Origin: Mobula birostris
Taxonomy: Eukaryota
NCBI RefSeq assembly: GCF_030028105.1
Contig: NC_092371.1
Coordinates: forward strand, 14,963,884-15,027,883
Direction of reading: 5' to 3'
DNA: 64,000 bases
The notes beneath the pieces were generated by a model. It did not search any database. It was not told the origin of the DNA and saw only the letters and a program-made list of their open reading frames with translations. The position numbers and the translations under genes were made by a program. Each line of letters begins with the position of its first letter. The stretch's first letter is position 1. Shown piece after piece: positions 1-13,944 of the stretch.

Positions 1-791
1 ACTGGTTATGAGGGGATTCTTGGGCCGGGTCAAGATTGACCAGGACCATACTATGAAGGTATATAATATGAACTGTATGTAAGTGTTAACAAATTAATAC
101 TTGTCCTTACATTTTTTCGCGTTATATTTCATGTTCTTTGCACCTCGGATATTCGCTTATTTACTTCCCACCTTAAGTTTTAAAAAGTTCTATTTTCGTT
201 AACCTACCTTTAGTCAATACCAATATATCACAGTAACTTTCGTAAGTTCGTGTGACATCTTACCAACTGCTATCGTAATTCAAACACGTTAAATTGTTCG
301 TCTTTACCTCTTCTACCAATTAAAAACTCAAAATGCAGAGTTGTCAGACAATTATTCGCTTGGATTGAGGTTCGACCTTTAAAATAAGGTCGAACATTCA
401 GAACTGAGCTGAGAGGAAATTTCGTCAACAAAATCGTAGTAAATTTCCAAAATATTCTATCCTTATGGCACTCGAGTTTTAGTATCTGCCGGGGCCGATT
501 TTCAGATATTAGATGGAAAGACGGGTCTGGCCATTAGTAAAGGGAAATGACACCAAGGTACCAAGCTAATCATGCCCTTATTAGAAAGGAATAAGGATGT
601 CGAATACAGTTTTGGAGGTCGAATAAAGTACGGGGACCACAAGGTTGAGAGAAGCAACTGAATGCGACTAGACGCCACCTGTTTCTTGCATACAGTTTAA
701 GCAAACTGGTCCTCACAGCGCCTTCCACGCGTGCTGATGTATCATATAGCGCCCTTTGCAGTTAGACACAATCACTGACATTGAAAGCGTA

Positions 792-834
792 AACAGGAAA
801 CCTGAGCGCCAACTGGCACGGCGCGGGACTTTCC
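792..834 (+). promoter_or_regulatory. A1 promoter: ETS core (aacAGGAAac) and NF-kB site GGGACTTTCC (825-834)
   Basis: Same order and similar spacing as in the A2 promoter. Confidence 0.55.
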
Positions 835-1057
835 ATTGAGCTATATTTAAGCGCAGAACTTAACTTCGGCATCTGGCCTGCCTTTCGCTTCCATTCCGAG
901 CTCACCGATATCTAAGGCAATTTCTCTGTGCACAATTAGTAGCGAACGTGACAATGAGTTTTTTGATGGCCTGCGCCCTGATCTTCCAGGTTACTCTTCG
1001 CCACTTCGAATTGAGGAGGAATCCTAATGCAAGATCATTAGAGCGATCGCTTTAGGG

Positions 1058-1135
1058 CAGAGGTTCCAAACGTTTTTATGTCATAGGCCCCTACCGTTAA
1101 CCGAGGGCTCTTTGAATCCCAGGTTGGAACCCCTG
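1058..1135. mobile_element. 78-bp hAT-type MITE with 8-bp target-site duplication
   Basis: TIR-like ends cagaggttccaaac / gttggaacccctg, flanked by ctttaggg on both sides (1050-1057, 1136-1143); a diverged orthologous copy lies at ~49510-49588. Confidence 0.8.
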
Positions 1136-1489
1136 CTTTAGGGAAAGATCGATTAATTTGAAATTATTACGGAATAAGCAAAGGCCGCCTTGTTCAGCAT
1201 TTCCAGAGCTTCGCGTCAGTCCACAAAATGACTCTTTCGCTGCATATAAATGGTCCTATATTTAGTTTTGGAAGAATAACAGTGTTCGCTCGACCTCAGT
1301 GGCTAGAATTTTCTATCAATGACGATCACTGGATGATTATTGCATTCCTCCTCTTCTTACTCCCTGCCCCCCAACGCCAAGGGCTTTACTTCTTTTCCGC
1401 GTGTTCTACCACGGTTATTTTAAAATGCCCTTCGCTCGCTGCAATGATCAACACTGATGTATTCTTGTCTTTGTGTCTTCCTCCATTGG

Positions 1490-1610
1490 TCTATCTGTCT
1501 GCCTCTCCGTCCATCTATCTATACATCTATCATCTATCTCTCTGTCGATCTATCTCTCTATAGCTATCTATATATCTATCTGCCTATCTGTCTATCTGTC
1601 TATGTCTAGT
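1490..1610. repeat. Degenerate (TCTA)n/(TCTG)n microsatellite in A1 intron 1; counterpart at ~49935-50040
   Basis: Direct reading of the sequence. Confidence 0.8.
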
Positions 1611-4600
1611 TCCACTTCTCTTACGCCGTTTCTTTATCGGTCTATCTATCCTTAAGACGTAAGTCTCAGCGGACATTAAGAACCCGAATACTTTAGTCAC
1701 CGGACTGGGCATTTTACACTGAATCCGGTCTATTTTTTATTTTTACAATAGCTGTGGTAGATTTTACCCTGATAGCATTCTGATGAGTTCTTTCCATTCG
1801 AAATTGTTCGCCCTCAGGACGTTTCCCTCCAAACGCAGTTGGCACAGGTCATTTCCCTTGGAAGTACCTTTAAGGTTTTATTGCCACATGGGCTGTTTAC
1901 TATTTCGGAAGGTCAATTGATACAAATGGCAGCAACAAGAACATTTACAGTACGTTTACTCCGTGATAGAGTACACACCTCCAGCATGAAGATTATCGGG
2001 ACAAGTTAACGGTAAAATGACCATTTACTTTCTCATTGCTAATGAAGTCCAGGGAAATGATTCGGGTAGTATTACTGTTCCGTCATAGACTTACGGAAAA
2101 GCCCCTCGTGTTCGCGAACAGATCCAAACTAGGCATTTACTATTAACAAGAGGTTAATTGCAATCATTTGCTCAGTAATTTCTGATTTGTACACCCAACT
2201 ATATTTGCATCCCCACTCCGATCCCAGTTAAGCGTCTCCGCGTATTCTTCTCTTAACATCGCCGCCGAGTAAAATTCATGGGGTGCTCACGGCCCAGTTG
2301 ATGTGCTTGGCGCAAAAACATGGCCGCCGATCCCACGTCCGTATCCTGGATATTTAGGGAGCTGGTGTCGAGGGATGGGAGAATTCCACAACAACAGACC
2401 GCGACGGGAAACAAAGTTTCAGGAGTCAGAGAGGAATCCTGGCGAAATGGCGCCGTGCACTTGCCGCACTTCGAGTTAACGCGACCGAAAACTTCATTAT
2501 CAAAGTGGTAATGATCATGATTGAGCGAGAATGGGAAACAGTGATATTTTAATATAGAATCATGGAACACCACAGCACAGAAACCGGCCTTTTGGCCACT
2601 CTTAGTCCGTGCGAACTATTAGTCTTCCTAGTCCCATGGATCCTCACCCGGAGCATAGACCTCCATACCCCTTCCATCCATATACATATCCAAATTTCTC
2701 TAAACTTTTAAAATCAAACCCACATTATTCCACACTCTCACCGCCCTCTTAATGAACAAGGTCACAGTTAACAATTCACACTTAACCCATGACCTCTCGT
2801 TCTTGTTTCACCCGACCTCAGTGGAAAAAGTTTAAACGCCAGTCGTTTGCTTAGCACAGGAAAAGAGTATATAAAACAAATTGTTCTATTCTATTAGTTC
2901 TGTATTTCTGTAGCACATTTCAAAATATTTCAGTATCCCGTTATGAGATGGGGTTCAGTAAAATTAAGTTACAATGAAAAATATCAGAATTTGCTCGAAA
3001 TTACATTCCAATTTCAGTTTATCATTTCCATCCCTAACATTTATCCGGGTTAACAGGGTTAAATGGAGAACCAATATCCCTGCAGAGAAGGCAGCCCATT
3101 CAACTCTTCTGCTCATACTGGTGTTTGTGAACCATCTGAGCTTTTTTCTCCACCACTACTTCAACTAACCTCTTCTTACTGTTATTTTCATCTTCTTTGT
3201 GTTCGAGCCTCTCATCCGTTCACCGCACAGAAGAAGGCCACTCTGGCCATCTTTGCCGCATCCTTCCGTTATGATTCTCAATGTTTCCCCGTGAGCACAA
3301 ATTCTTCATTTTGGTCGCTGAAAATAACGTTTTTTAATCGAAAATTTTCGCAACCATTTCATGTTTTCTGCGTACTCGGGTCTTGCCAATCAAACATACT
3401 TTATAATCAAATAGAGCGCAATTAGGACGCTCCTTCATGGTGACATGGAATTTTATTCAATCTTTCCTCATCCCGCGACGGACGCAGATTCTTGCTTGTC
3501 GACCCTTCGTCGTAATTCGTTCTCCACCTTATTCCAGTATGCTCGAATCTTTTTGTATAATGTTGAGAATTTCGAACATTTCATAACTAGCTTAACCTAA
3601 AGGCTCTGATTTTGAGCATGGTAATCAACACTTTTATTTTATTTCCTGGATATTTCCTTATACACCAGGCAATCCCTATACTTGGCTTTGTTGTCATCGT
3701 ACTTTTCCTGGATATTTCACAAAGTGTCTGAGGCTTCCTTATCATGCACACCGAATACAATGTTATACAATGTTCCTGCAGAAAAAGAGAGAAGAAAGCG
3801 ATAAGCCAAAGGGCTGATGGGCCTTGACAAGATGGACGGAATGCTGAATATTAGTCAAAGAAAAATATACATTGCTGATCGGGTATTTCTCCGATTAGCG
3901 GTAGAACGTAGAACACTACACTACAGTACCTTTGATCCGCGATGTTGTGCTGGTCATTTATCCTGTTCTAACGCTTACCTCTTACACGGCGCTACATCTT
4001 CAACCATATATGTGTACATCAGTGTGTTTCTTAACTGCCCTTAATTATCTGCCTCTGCCACCAACTCTGGCAGCGCGTTCCACACACCCTTCACTCTCTG
4101 TAAAAACATTTCTCTAAACATTTCTCCAATGGCCTTAAAATTATACCCCCTCGATTGGTTGCAACTGCTTCGTTTCGGCGTAAGCTGGAGACTTTGCAAT
4201 TAATATAATATTGTGGACAGTGCGGAGGGTAAATGAAGTGAAATCCTGTTATGATTGCTGGTACCATAACCTTCTCCTGTGCCTGGCACTGGGACGGTTT
4301 TATTCCGAGGCGATTGTATCTTTCAGTGCGGTGTGGGCTGTTGGACTCCAGAGCATCAATCCAGCTTCATATTGTATCCATCTAGTTAAAACTACCTCAC
4401 ACTACCTGACGACTTTGCTCTTTTAGCACCACTTTATCTAAATTAAAATAGTTTAAAATAGATTCATTACTGAGATTTATAGATGTTTATGTTTTGATTA
4501 TACTGCTGCCAGAAAACCACAAAATACACGACACGTGTTAGTGTTCTTAAACCTGATTTCTATTCTAATTACCCGACAGCCATTTTTCCCTCTCCCCCGT

Positions 4601-5880
4601 TCTTTTGATACGTGGACGGATACACAATTGGTTCAAAAGTATTTATAATTCATGTTCTAGATGTGGTGACACTATGATTTGATAGCAACTACTTACAGTA
4701 CGCATTACTTTTGTGAATATATCGTTAGAATCTGAAATTATTGGATCAATGGTTTTCAAACAAATAGAAATAAACAGCTCTCTTCTCTTACAGATGCCCC
4801 GTCAGTCAGTCAGGTAACTAATGAGTTCTATCTCCCCATAAGATTTTTTTCCGTTACTGTCCGTTTCTGCGGTTGTTCAGTGCGAGGTCTAACGTCAACA
4901 TTTATACTATATCTTTCCATGTCAGGCAGCAAGAGCGGCGGATGAGTATTGCAGAAGTGAGACCACACGAGGCAGGAAATGAAGTACGAATAGTTTATTT
5001 TTGTTTAGATTTACTGAGAAAGTAGAACAGTACAGTACAGCACAGAAACACACCCAACCGCCCACAACGTTTCGCTGAACTATTGCTTTTAAAGCTAATA
5101 AATTAGTTCGTTTAACTTACACAAGTCCACATCCCTCCATTCTCTGAACATCGTTGAGCCCGTCTAATTTATTTGAAGAAATACAAAAAGTTCCATATGC
5201 GTCTGAACAAATCTTTTGTTTGCACCTCGATATTCGGGGATAGCTAATACAAAGAGTTTTGAAGCACGGAAACAGGCTTTTCGGCCCATCTCGTCCATGC
5301 TGACTATGATGCATCGATGGGCTCGTCTTCTTTGCCTGCAATTGGCCAATGTCCTTCTAAATCTTTCCTATCCACGTACCTGTTTTGAATGGTGTAATTG
5401 TGTCCACCTCTACCACTTCATATGACAGCTCATTCTATGTGCATTATCAACCGTCCTTTGTTGAATAAATAGCCCTCACATCCTCTTCAAATCTTTCCTT
5501 TTTCACTTTGAACCCGCGGTCTCTGTTTACTCTCCTGTACCTTGGGAAACTGACATGACCGCATGTTTTATCTGTATCACTCACAATGTTACTGACCTCG
5601 GCAGGATGGCGCTCAGTTCCCATCGCTTCAGGGGCAGCATTTCAAATGTCTTCTTTTAACTCAGGCCCTTCAGTACCGGTTATATTCTTATGAATCTTTC
5701 ATGCACTGCCTCTACTGAATTAAATTATTTCTATGATACGGCAACCTCAAATACATTAATATTCCAGCTGTGACCTCACCACAGAATTGTACTCCATGCC
5801 CCGCCTGCTAAAGGCAAACTTGTCTTTTCCTTTGTTTGCAATTTTAGTTTGATTCTATTGTGTTTCTTTTATTTAAACCA

Positions 5881-6495
5881 TAAGACCTTAAGACATAGGA
5901 TTAGAATGAGGCCGTCTGGTCCATCGAGTCTGCTCCGCGATTCAATCATGGCTGATACTTTTTACTATCTCCTCCTCAACCCAGTTCGCGGCCTTCTCCC
6001 CGTAACCTTTGCTGCCACATCCATACAAGAACCTATCAATCTCTACGTTAAGTACACCCAACGACCTGACCTCCACAGCTGCATGTTGCAGCAAGTTCCA
6101 GAAATTCATCACCCTTTGGCTACAGAAATTTCTCCGCATCTCTGTTTAAAAAGAGCTCCCCTCTATCCTGATGCTGTGTCCTCTTGTCCTAGACTCTCCT
6201 ATATGAGGATTTCTTTTCCACAGCTACTCTGTCTAGGCCTTTCAACATTCGAAAGTTTTCAATAAGATCCCCTTTCATCCTTCTGAATTCCAGCGAGTAC
6301 AGACTCAGAGTCATGAAACATTGCTGGTATGATAACCCTTTCATTCATGGAATTATCCTTGTGAACCTCTTCTGGACCCTTTCTAATGCCAGAACATCTT
6401 TTCTCAGATGAGGGCCCCACAACTGTTCACAAGTACTCAAGATCAGATATCACCAGTACCTTACAAAGCCTCAGCATCACATCCTTGCTGTGAAT
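5881..6495 (-). mobile_element. CR1-type LINE 3' fragment, present in cassette 1 only
   Basis: Antisense frame MRRNFCSQRVMNFWNLL...EIDRFL is typical of the CR1 ORF2 C-terminus; (tcttatgg)-type tail. Confidence 0.75.
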
Positions 6496-9029
6496 GGCCG
6501 GATGATACTCAATCTCAGGGTAGTATGTTTGTAGCTACAGATACGTACTTTGTTAATAAATTTACTTTAAATTTACTTCGCATTTGAAACTGTGTTGACA
6601 TATTCATATAATTATGGCTTTTCTTTCCATGTCTCGTTATTCTGCAAGGTCCCTCTGGGCTGTGTCATTAACCGTGTAAATCCTGCCCTGTTTTAATTTT
6701 TCCAGAACAAAATAACTTGAATGACAAAAAAAAAATCATTACAGACACTACCCTCACGGAAAACTACCTTCTCAAAAATCTCATTTTTGGAAAGCGCTAT
6801 GTGGTTATTAAAACAAGCAACTCACACCATCTTAAAAGTCCCCGCTCCCCGATACTTCATCTAATCTAGCGTTCGAATTAGCCATCGTACCCTCTTTCTG
6901 TTACCTCTGCAGCATTTGCGGTGCAGCACTTTAAATAACTTCTTATAATGCTGTTTACATAGTAAGCACGTGCTGATATGCATACATTTATGCACCTTTT
7001 ATTCAATTTCTTTACGTTATATTTTATTTGCATGCAATGCTTTATTCTGTATAATCGTTGAATGTTGTCGTCTTTTGTTGCATGTCTCGCCAACACACCA
7101 CAGCAACTTCCTAATGCATGTAACTGTAGATAGCAAATGTAATTGATCCCAGATCCGTTCCAATAGGCAGGACGTCACACCTTTCATTATTAAATTTTAT
7201 CTGTCATCGCTTTGTCCACTTTCCCAGGTGTTCTTGATCCTGTTGCAGCCCTAGACAACTTGCTTCACTCTGCCACAATGCCGATTTTACCGTCATGCAC
7301 ACATTTTCTAATCATGCCACCTACGTACCAAATCATTGGTATGACGAGCAGCAGTGGGCCCAGAGCTTATTCTCGCTGCAAAACACTGGTTACAGTTCAC
7401 AGGTCTCCAATTTAAATAACAGCTGCTTTTGACTACTTCCGTCAAGCCAATTACGGAATTGTCTCCAGTTCGCTATTTCATTCTGGATCCTTCATGAGTT
7501 CACTTTTCAATGCAGCCCACTTTGCAATAATTATAGAATGATTCTTCAGGAATCAAATGACGACTATAGTTGCCAAGTTCATTTGTCAAAAAAGGTCCAA
7601 TTTAATCGATGAATTTTAAATGGTTTATAAAAATTCCAGAGTAGGTGGAGTGAAAGCACCTGCTTTGGCAGTGGTAACGCGGAATAACATTAGATCCGGG
7701 CTCGGACGTGACGTAATGGTACTGCCACGTACTTCGATACTCAATTATTGCATCTCCGGCATTTTTTTCACTACTCAGGTTGCACGGTGAACGAGTCAGA
7801 ATCAGGTTTAATAATACCACGGGCATATGTCCTGATATTAATTGTTTTGTGGCAGCAGTAAAGTGCAATAATTTTAAAAAGCTATAAATTTCAATAAAAT
7901 ATGATCGAAAATTAAATTAAATAAGTAGTTCAAAAAGAGAGAAAATGATGAAGTAGCATTAATGGCTTGGTTCATTATCCGTTCATTTGTCTGATGGCGG
8001 TAGAGATTTGCTGTTCCTAAAAGGTTTAGTGTGCGTCGTTGGCTGTTGTAACTCCTCCCTGATTGTAGCAATGTAACGAGGGCTTGTTCCAGTGGTGCGG
8101 GCTAGTAACGATGGATGACGACTTAAAGGCAACGCCTTTAGGTTTTGCCTTCATCTTTGTATTTATTTCTGTATTTAATATTGTCATGTCTACTGTTTGC
8201 TCCGTGAGTTTCATGCGCGCAAAGTAATACATTGCATCCCGGTGTATACGACAAAAGTCTAACCCATTCTACAATTACGTTATTTTCCTCAATTATTTCC
8301 TGTACTTACTTACCAATATTTTATACTGAATCACTAGGACATCCAGATTGCTGTGTGCCTCAGAGATTCCCAGTATCTGAACCTGTACCTCGCTTTTACG
8401 TTGATATTTTCTGCCTGGATAGCCGTTTTCACATTAATTCGTTCTACATTACATTTGTCAGTTATTTATCCACATGCTTAAACTACCTTTAACAGCGTTT
8501 ACCTCTCTATGGACCTTTTGCAACCTATTTTGCTAGATGTCTTCATGTCCCGAGCAAGTTATGAAGCCCTTATCCAGGTTATTTATATTAATTGCAACAA
8601 GTTGATGTTCCAACACCAATCATCATGGCATCATATTTTTACAGTTATTATTTTTAACAGCATTAAAACTGTGTCTACTTCTCAATATCAACAATTTAAT
8701 AATCTCCTTTTGAAAGCACTATGACCATCATCACCTACGAATAAAAGGATGTCCATTTGTAAACTAGATGAGAAGGGAATTTATTTAGCCAAAGAATGGA
8801 GGCTGATAGGCTCTTAATTAGTCAGGGCGTTAAAGTTTACGAGGGGGTGGAGGCAGGAGAATAAAGTGTAAGGGACAATAAATTGGCCATGATGGAATGG
8901 TGGGGAAGACTTATCCTTGCTTCTTCACCTCATTCACCAAAACCGATTCTAAGGATTTCTTGTAACATCTTTTCACCAGTTAAGGAAACCAGAGTATATC
9001 TCTTCCCACCCTGTAAAAATGCCAGGTCT

Positions 9030-10200
9030 TTTCTCAGTTCCTTCTCTCCGCTGCATCTGCTCTAAGAATGAGGCTTTTCATTCCAGAACTAATGATATTT
9101 CCTCCTTCTTCAAAGAAAGGAGCTTTCCTTCGCCCACCATCAACGCAATCCTCACTCACATCTCTTCCACTTCACGCACCTCTGCCCTCGCCCTATCCTT
9201 CCGCCACCCACCAGAGATAGTGTTCTTCTCCACACCTATTACGCCACTGGCCTCAATATCCTGCACATAATTTACGCTATCTCCAACGGAATGCCGCCAC
9301 CATCTACAGCTCCCCCCTCCCACCCCCACTTCACTTTCCGCTTCCCGAAGTAATTGCGATTCCCTTGTCTGTCCGTCCCACCCCACTGATTTCCCTCCTG
9401 GTACTTACCCTTGCAAATAGAACAAGTGCCATACCCATCCGTACACTTCGTCCCCACTACCATTCAAGCCCCATGTAATCCTTCCAAGTGAGGCAACACT
9501 TCACCAGAAAGTCTGTTGGGGTCATCTGCTGTATCCGGTGTTCCCGGTGTGACCACCTGCATATCCGTGAGACTCAACGTACATTCGGAGACTTCTTTGC
9601 CAGGTACCTAAACTACGTCCGCCAGAAAATGCGAGACCACCGGGTGGCCCCCACTTCAATTCCACTTCCCATTCCCATTCGGACATTTTAGCCCTTGGCC
9701 TTCTCTACTCCCGCGATGAGGCCACACTGGGGATGAAGGGCCAACGGCTTATATCCCGTCTGGGAAGCCTCCAACCTGATGGCACGAACATCTATTTCTC
9801 TTACTTCCGGTAATTCCCCCCCCCCCCACCCCGCCACCTCACCTGTTCACCACTCCCGTCCCCTCTTTCCCACCTCATCTCCTTACAAACCCATCGGTTA
9901 CCCTCTGGTGTTCCTTCACCCCGCCCCCTTCCTTCCATGGCCTTCGATCTTCTGCTATCAGGTTCGAGCTATTCCAGCCTTTTATCTCGTTCACCAATCA
10001 AATCCCCAGCTATTTATTTCAACCCGCTCCTCTCCCGGTTTTATCTGTCAACTACCACCTTGTACATCTTCCTCCCCTCTCCATCATTTTTTCCAGTCCT
10101 GATGAAGGGTCCCAGCCCGAAACGTGGGCAGTTTAATCTTTTCCATAGATGCTTCCTCGCCTGTTGTGTTCCTCCAGACTGTGTGTTTTGCCAGAATTTA
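9030..10200 (+). mobile_element. Penelope-like retroelement remnant (RT C-terminus + GIY-YIG)
   Basis: LRCICSKNEAFHSRT...FFKERSFP; GTYPCK..KC; GVICCIRCSRC..LHIRETQR (GIY-YIG-like); 3' cctgatgaagggt...gaaacg segment; absent from cassette 2. Confidence 0.8.
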
Positions 10201-12949
10201 GTAGTACTGTAGAAGCGGGTGAATGGTCTCATTTTGTTCCCGTGACGTTTGACGATGCTCTCCGTTTTCTTTCGCAGTCTTCCTACGCTGGACTGACCTT
10301 TAACGTGGGTTCGATTGCGAGAGGACAGGCGAAATAGAGGATTCAGATATCCGGAGATGACAGGTTTGCATTGGTGTAAGGCTGACAGTGACAGTGCCAG
10401 CCACGTGCTGCTGATTTTCTGCGGCCCCTTGGGAGTCATAATCAAGAAGGTAGCAATCCATTCTAGATGATATGTATGTTTTTTCATGGTGTCTCCGAAA
10501 TCATGTCCGGTAAACAACGTTCAGCAATTTCAAACGTATCCAGCTGAGAAACTACAAGTCCTGCTCAATATACCAGCTCCCAGAGGCATACAACTCGTGA
10601 CATCTCTGAAGCACTTTGACCTACAATTTTGAAAACCACGTTCCACGAGCAATTTAATCCCATTTTACAGACGTGGGTTACTATGTTTTGCAATATTTTA
10701 TCCTGATTTATCATTTCTGGTTAATGGAGTTTTGTTTTCTTTTAACTGTTGAATTTTACTCTGTATCTATGTAAGGAAATTCTGATTGATCTACTTCAAG
10801 AATTTTAAGAATGTATCAGTTGCAATATAATTAAAAAAGACTGGACAACCAGAGAATTGTGTATTTGCGATTCCACGCGTTGCTGTCAGGAAATGCAGAG
10901 AAGGCCTGACCCAAATGCCGAATAGCGGAGACGATTCAGTGGTGAATGATAACTTTAGTATTAGGCCGCAAAATAACAAGCCACGAGTGGCCACAAAACC
11001 AGTAAAGGAACTGCGAAGAACAGCCTACACGGCATACTTTAGCCAGGGAGAGTAAAAGCTCCGAAGAACTAGAGGAAGTTGGATGGTTCGATGAGTGAAC
11101 AAGAACTGTGGATGAGAAATGGAACTGCAGGAGAGAAGTCTAGAAAGAGCGGCGGATGAATCACATGAGCTGAGTGGAGACTGGGACGTGCCTGCACGTG
11201 CAGGCTGCGAAGTGTTAGCGGGGGTTGAGGTGATAGTTGAATTTTTTATCACAGGTACAAAGGAGCAAATGCACAACAAACAACCAGAGGTCAAAGATGT
11301 GCGGTTAAAAATCTAACAAATAATTAATGGGTCATATGTGAAAGTGACTACATACAACGTCCACTGGTACTTAATACCTAGTAAACCCGCGTTCAGAATT
11401 TACGCTGTCTATACAGAATGCATACATTTAGCATAAAGTTCCCCTAATAATGATATGGCCGGATAAGTGTGTTCACTGAAATTCTCTGAAGAATTGTATA
11501 AAACTTTGTAAGATCAATCGGCAAGGACAAATAAAGCTTTGTATTCATTGCTCTCATTAAGGAGGAGGTACAGGAGGATGAAGACACACATAAGATTTCA
11601 AGATAAGCTTTTTCCCCTCTGCCATCAGATTTCTGAATGGACAGTGAACCCATAACATTACCTTACTAATTTTCACTCTCCTTTTGCACTATTTATTTCA
11701 TTCAATTTTTACAATTACTTCTTATTGTAATTCATATTTTTATTATGTACTGCAATTTATTGCTGCCACAAATCAACAAGTTTCACGACAGATAGTGGTA
11801 ATAATAAACTTGGCTCTGATTCTGAGTTTAAAGACTAGGCTAATTTACACTTTTAACCCGCTGCTTGAATTGACGAAGAGAATTCTGAGGAGCGGAGGTG
11901 GTAGTGCGCCCAGAATGAGTGGGGTATGGTAGTCGAAAGGTAAGGAGGAGAAAGGAGAGGGGACGGTGGTGTTTGAAACCACCACTAATAATGGAGTAGC
12001 GGAACTGGTTTCCAATTGAGACATTTTGGTGAGGCTTAAGAAGGCGCACAGTCAAATACTTACGTCAAGAAGCACAAGAAATCCATTTTGATTGTCGTCA
12101 GTAGGCACACTGCTTTAAAATATTTGAGACTTATTGTAAGTGCGTTTTAGTTCAAGTTCAAGATCAATTCGCTGTCATTCAACCTGATACTTATATGCAA
12201 ACAAAGGAAAAGGCGTTCCTTCTGGCCAAGGTGCACAGCGCAGTCTACGTAACTCCCAGACAACATATAAAATAATATTATCACAAATAAAATAACTAAA
12301 ATTAAATAAATTTCAGTTGATTGACATTTATCTTTACTTCATCATAAGGTGATTTCAGAAAACAATACATAAAGTGAACACATAGAATAATATTACCACA
12401 AATAAAATATCTCAAAATAAAATAAATTCCAGTTGAATGACATTTATTTCCACTTTGTCACTTCAGCGATTTCGCAAATGCTTCGTGATGTTCTTTCCTT
12501 AATTATTGCTGATAGGACATAAGGAGTATCAGAAGATGGAGGTTTGGGAAAATCCGTCGGGGTTGAGTAATTTTCTCCAGGCGGAACAAGGTTACATCAT
12601 TTGCATGAAGAGCCATTCGGAGTGATCCGTCATTCCCTGCAACCCTCAATATTCACAGTAAATAAAAAAAAATCGTTCAGCATTAGATGTCAAAGAAACA
12701 ATTACTCCTACATTCTTTGCTTTTTGCATTGGAGAATTTTACAAAGAATTCCATAACCTCATTCCTGAAATCCTGGTTCTGCTCCCTCCTTTTCGAGGCT
12801 TTATGACTACCGGTAATACGTACTTTCCAACCGCTACTAACATCTTATAAACCAGTTAAAATATTCATTACTCTTCCAACTGTGCGTTATTTTCAATATG
12901 TTAAAGGGAACCGGAAAGCCGTACAGAAACCTTAAACACAGTTTGAGGA

Positions 12950-13520
12950 ATAGTTCTCGTAAAGTATCGCAGGTATTATTTGGTCAGACTACACTTGAAC
13001 AACTGTAAGCAGCTTTGATTTCCTTCTCTAGGGAAGGATATGCTGGCATTGGGAAGGATCCAGGCAGAGTTGATGAGGGTGATTCCGGGAATGAAAGGGT
13101 TAACGTATGAGGGACACTTGATCCCTGGAGTTTAGGAGAATGAGGGCGGATCTCAGTGAAATGTATTAAATAATGAAAGGCCCAGATGAAGATGGAGAAG
13201 ATGTTTCCAATAGTGGGGAAGTCTCAGACCAAAGACACAGCCTCAGACTGGAGGGACGTACCTTTAGAACAAGAATGAGGACACGTTTCTTTAGCCAGGG
13301 TTGGTGAATCTGTGGAATTCATTACCATGCGCAGCTGTGAATGCCACGTTTTTGAGTATGCTTAAAACGGACGTTGATTGGTTCTTCATTAGTAAGGGTG
13401 TCAAATGTTACGGGCAGAAGGCAGGAGAATGGTATTGAGAGCGATAGTAAATCGGCTATATTGCAGTGATGGTGCAGACTCCGTGGGCCTAACAGCATAA
13501 TTCTGCTCTTATGTCATATA
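12950..13520 (+). mobile_element. CR1 LINE 3' fragment (orthologous copy at ~62620-63200)
   Basis: ggaaggatatgctggcattgg...ctttagaacaagaatgagg...ctgtggaattcattacc is a degenerate CR1 ORF2 end. Confidence 0.7.
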
Positions 13521-13944
13521 ACCTTATTGTTTATAGCTTAAAACCACGCTGTAATCCCTCTAAGGCCAAAGTACTTAGAGATGCGGGTACAGAACTTCAC
13601 CAAGTAATTTGGGTCTTGCTAAACAGCGGTTTCTACAACTCAAGATTCAAGACAGTCAAGAATTTTTAATTGTGATTCTTCAGCACATGACTTTATACAT
13701 AGAAGAAAATGATACCCCTCATCCGACGCAGAATAAAAAAAAAACATAGAAAGCAGAAAGTACACAATAAAAACACAAAGAGGCACAATAAGTATGAACA
13801 CAATCCTATAAAGCCAATGTACATGTAATTGATTAAGCCTCAACCCAAGTTGTAACCCTGAGTGGAATAATCCGGGAAATGACCATTGATCAATACAATA
13901 CTATTTTCATTATATTACAATATATTCAATTTACGATTACATTA

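Larger units (their letters stand above)
954..10337 (+). pseudogene. Gene A1: pseudogene paralogue of A2 (exon remnants ~954-989, 1804-2140, 2233-2507, 4794-4813, 4926-4983, 10278-10337)
   Basis: Collinear homology to all six A2 exons. Leader has a deletion that shifts phase; V acceptor CAG>AAA (1801-1803); frameshifts; conserved Trp TGG>TGA (1918-1920); TGA at 1987-1989; indels in C1; TM exon cut from 117 to 20 nt; terminal exon reads SSYAGL...K*. Confidence 0.9.

Noticed and set aside
370-395. 10-bp perfect inverted repeat gttcgacctt/aaggtcgaac
   Set aside because: Not conserved in cassette 2; no functional context.
11025-11294. Ser/Thr-rich minus-strand ORF between A1 and B1
   Set aside because: The reading frame is not conserved in the duplicate region (~60660-60930); no recognisable domain.
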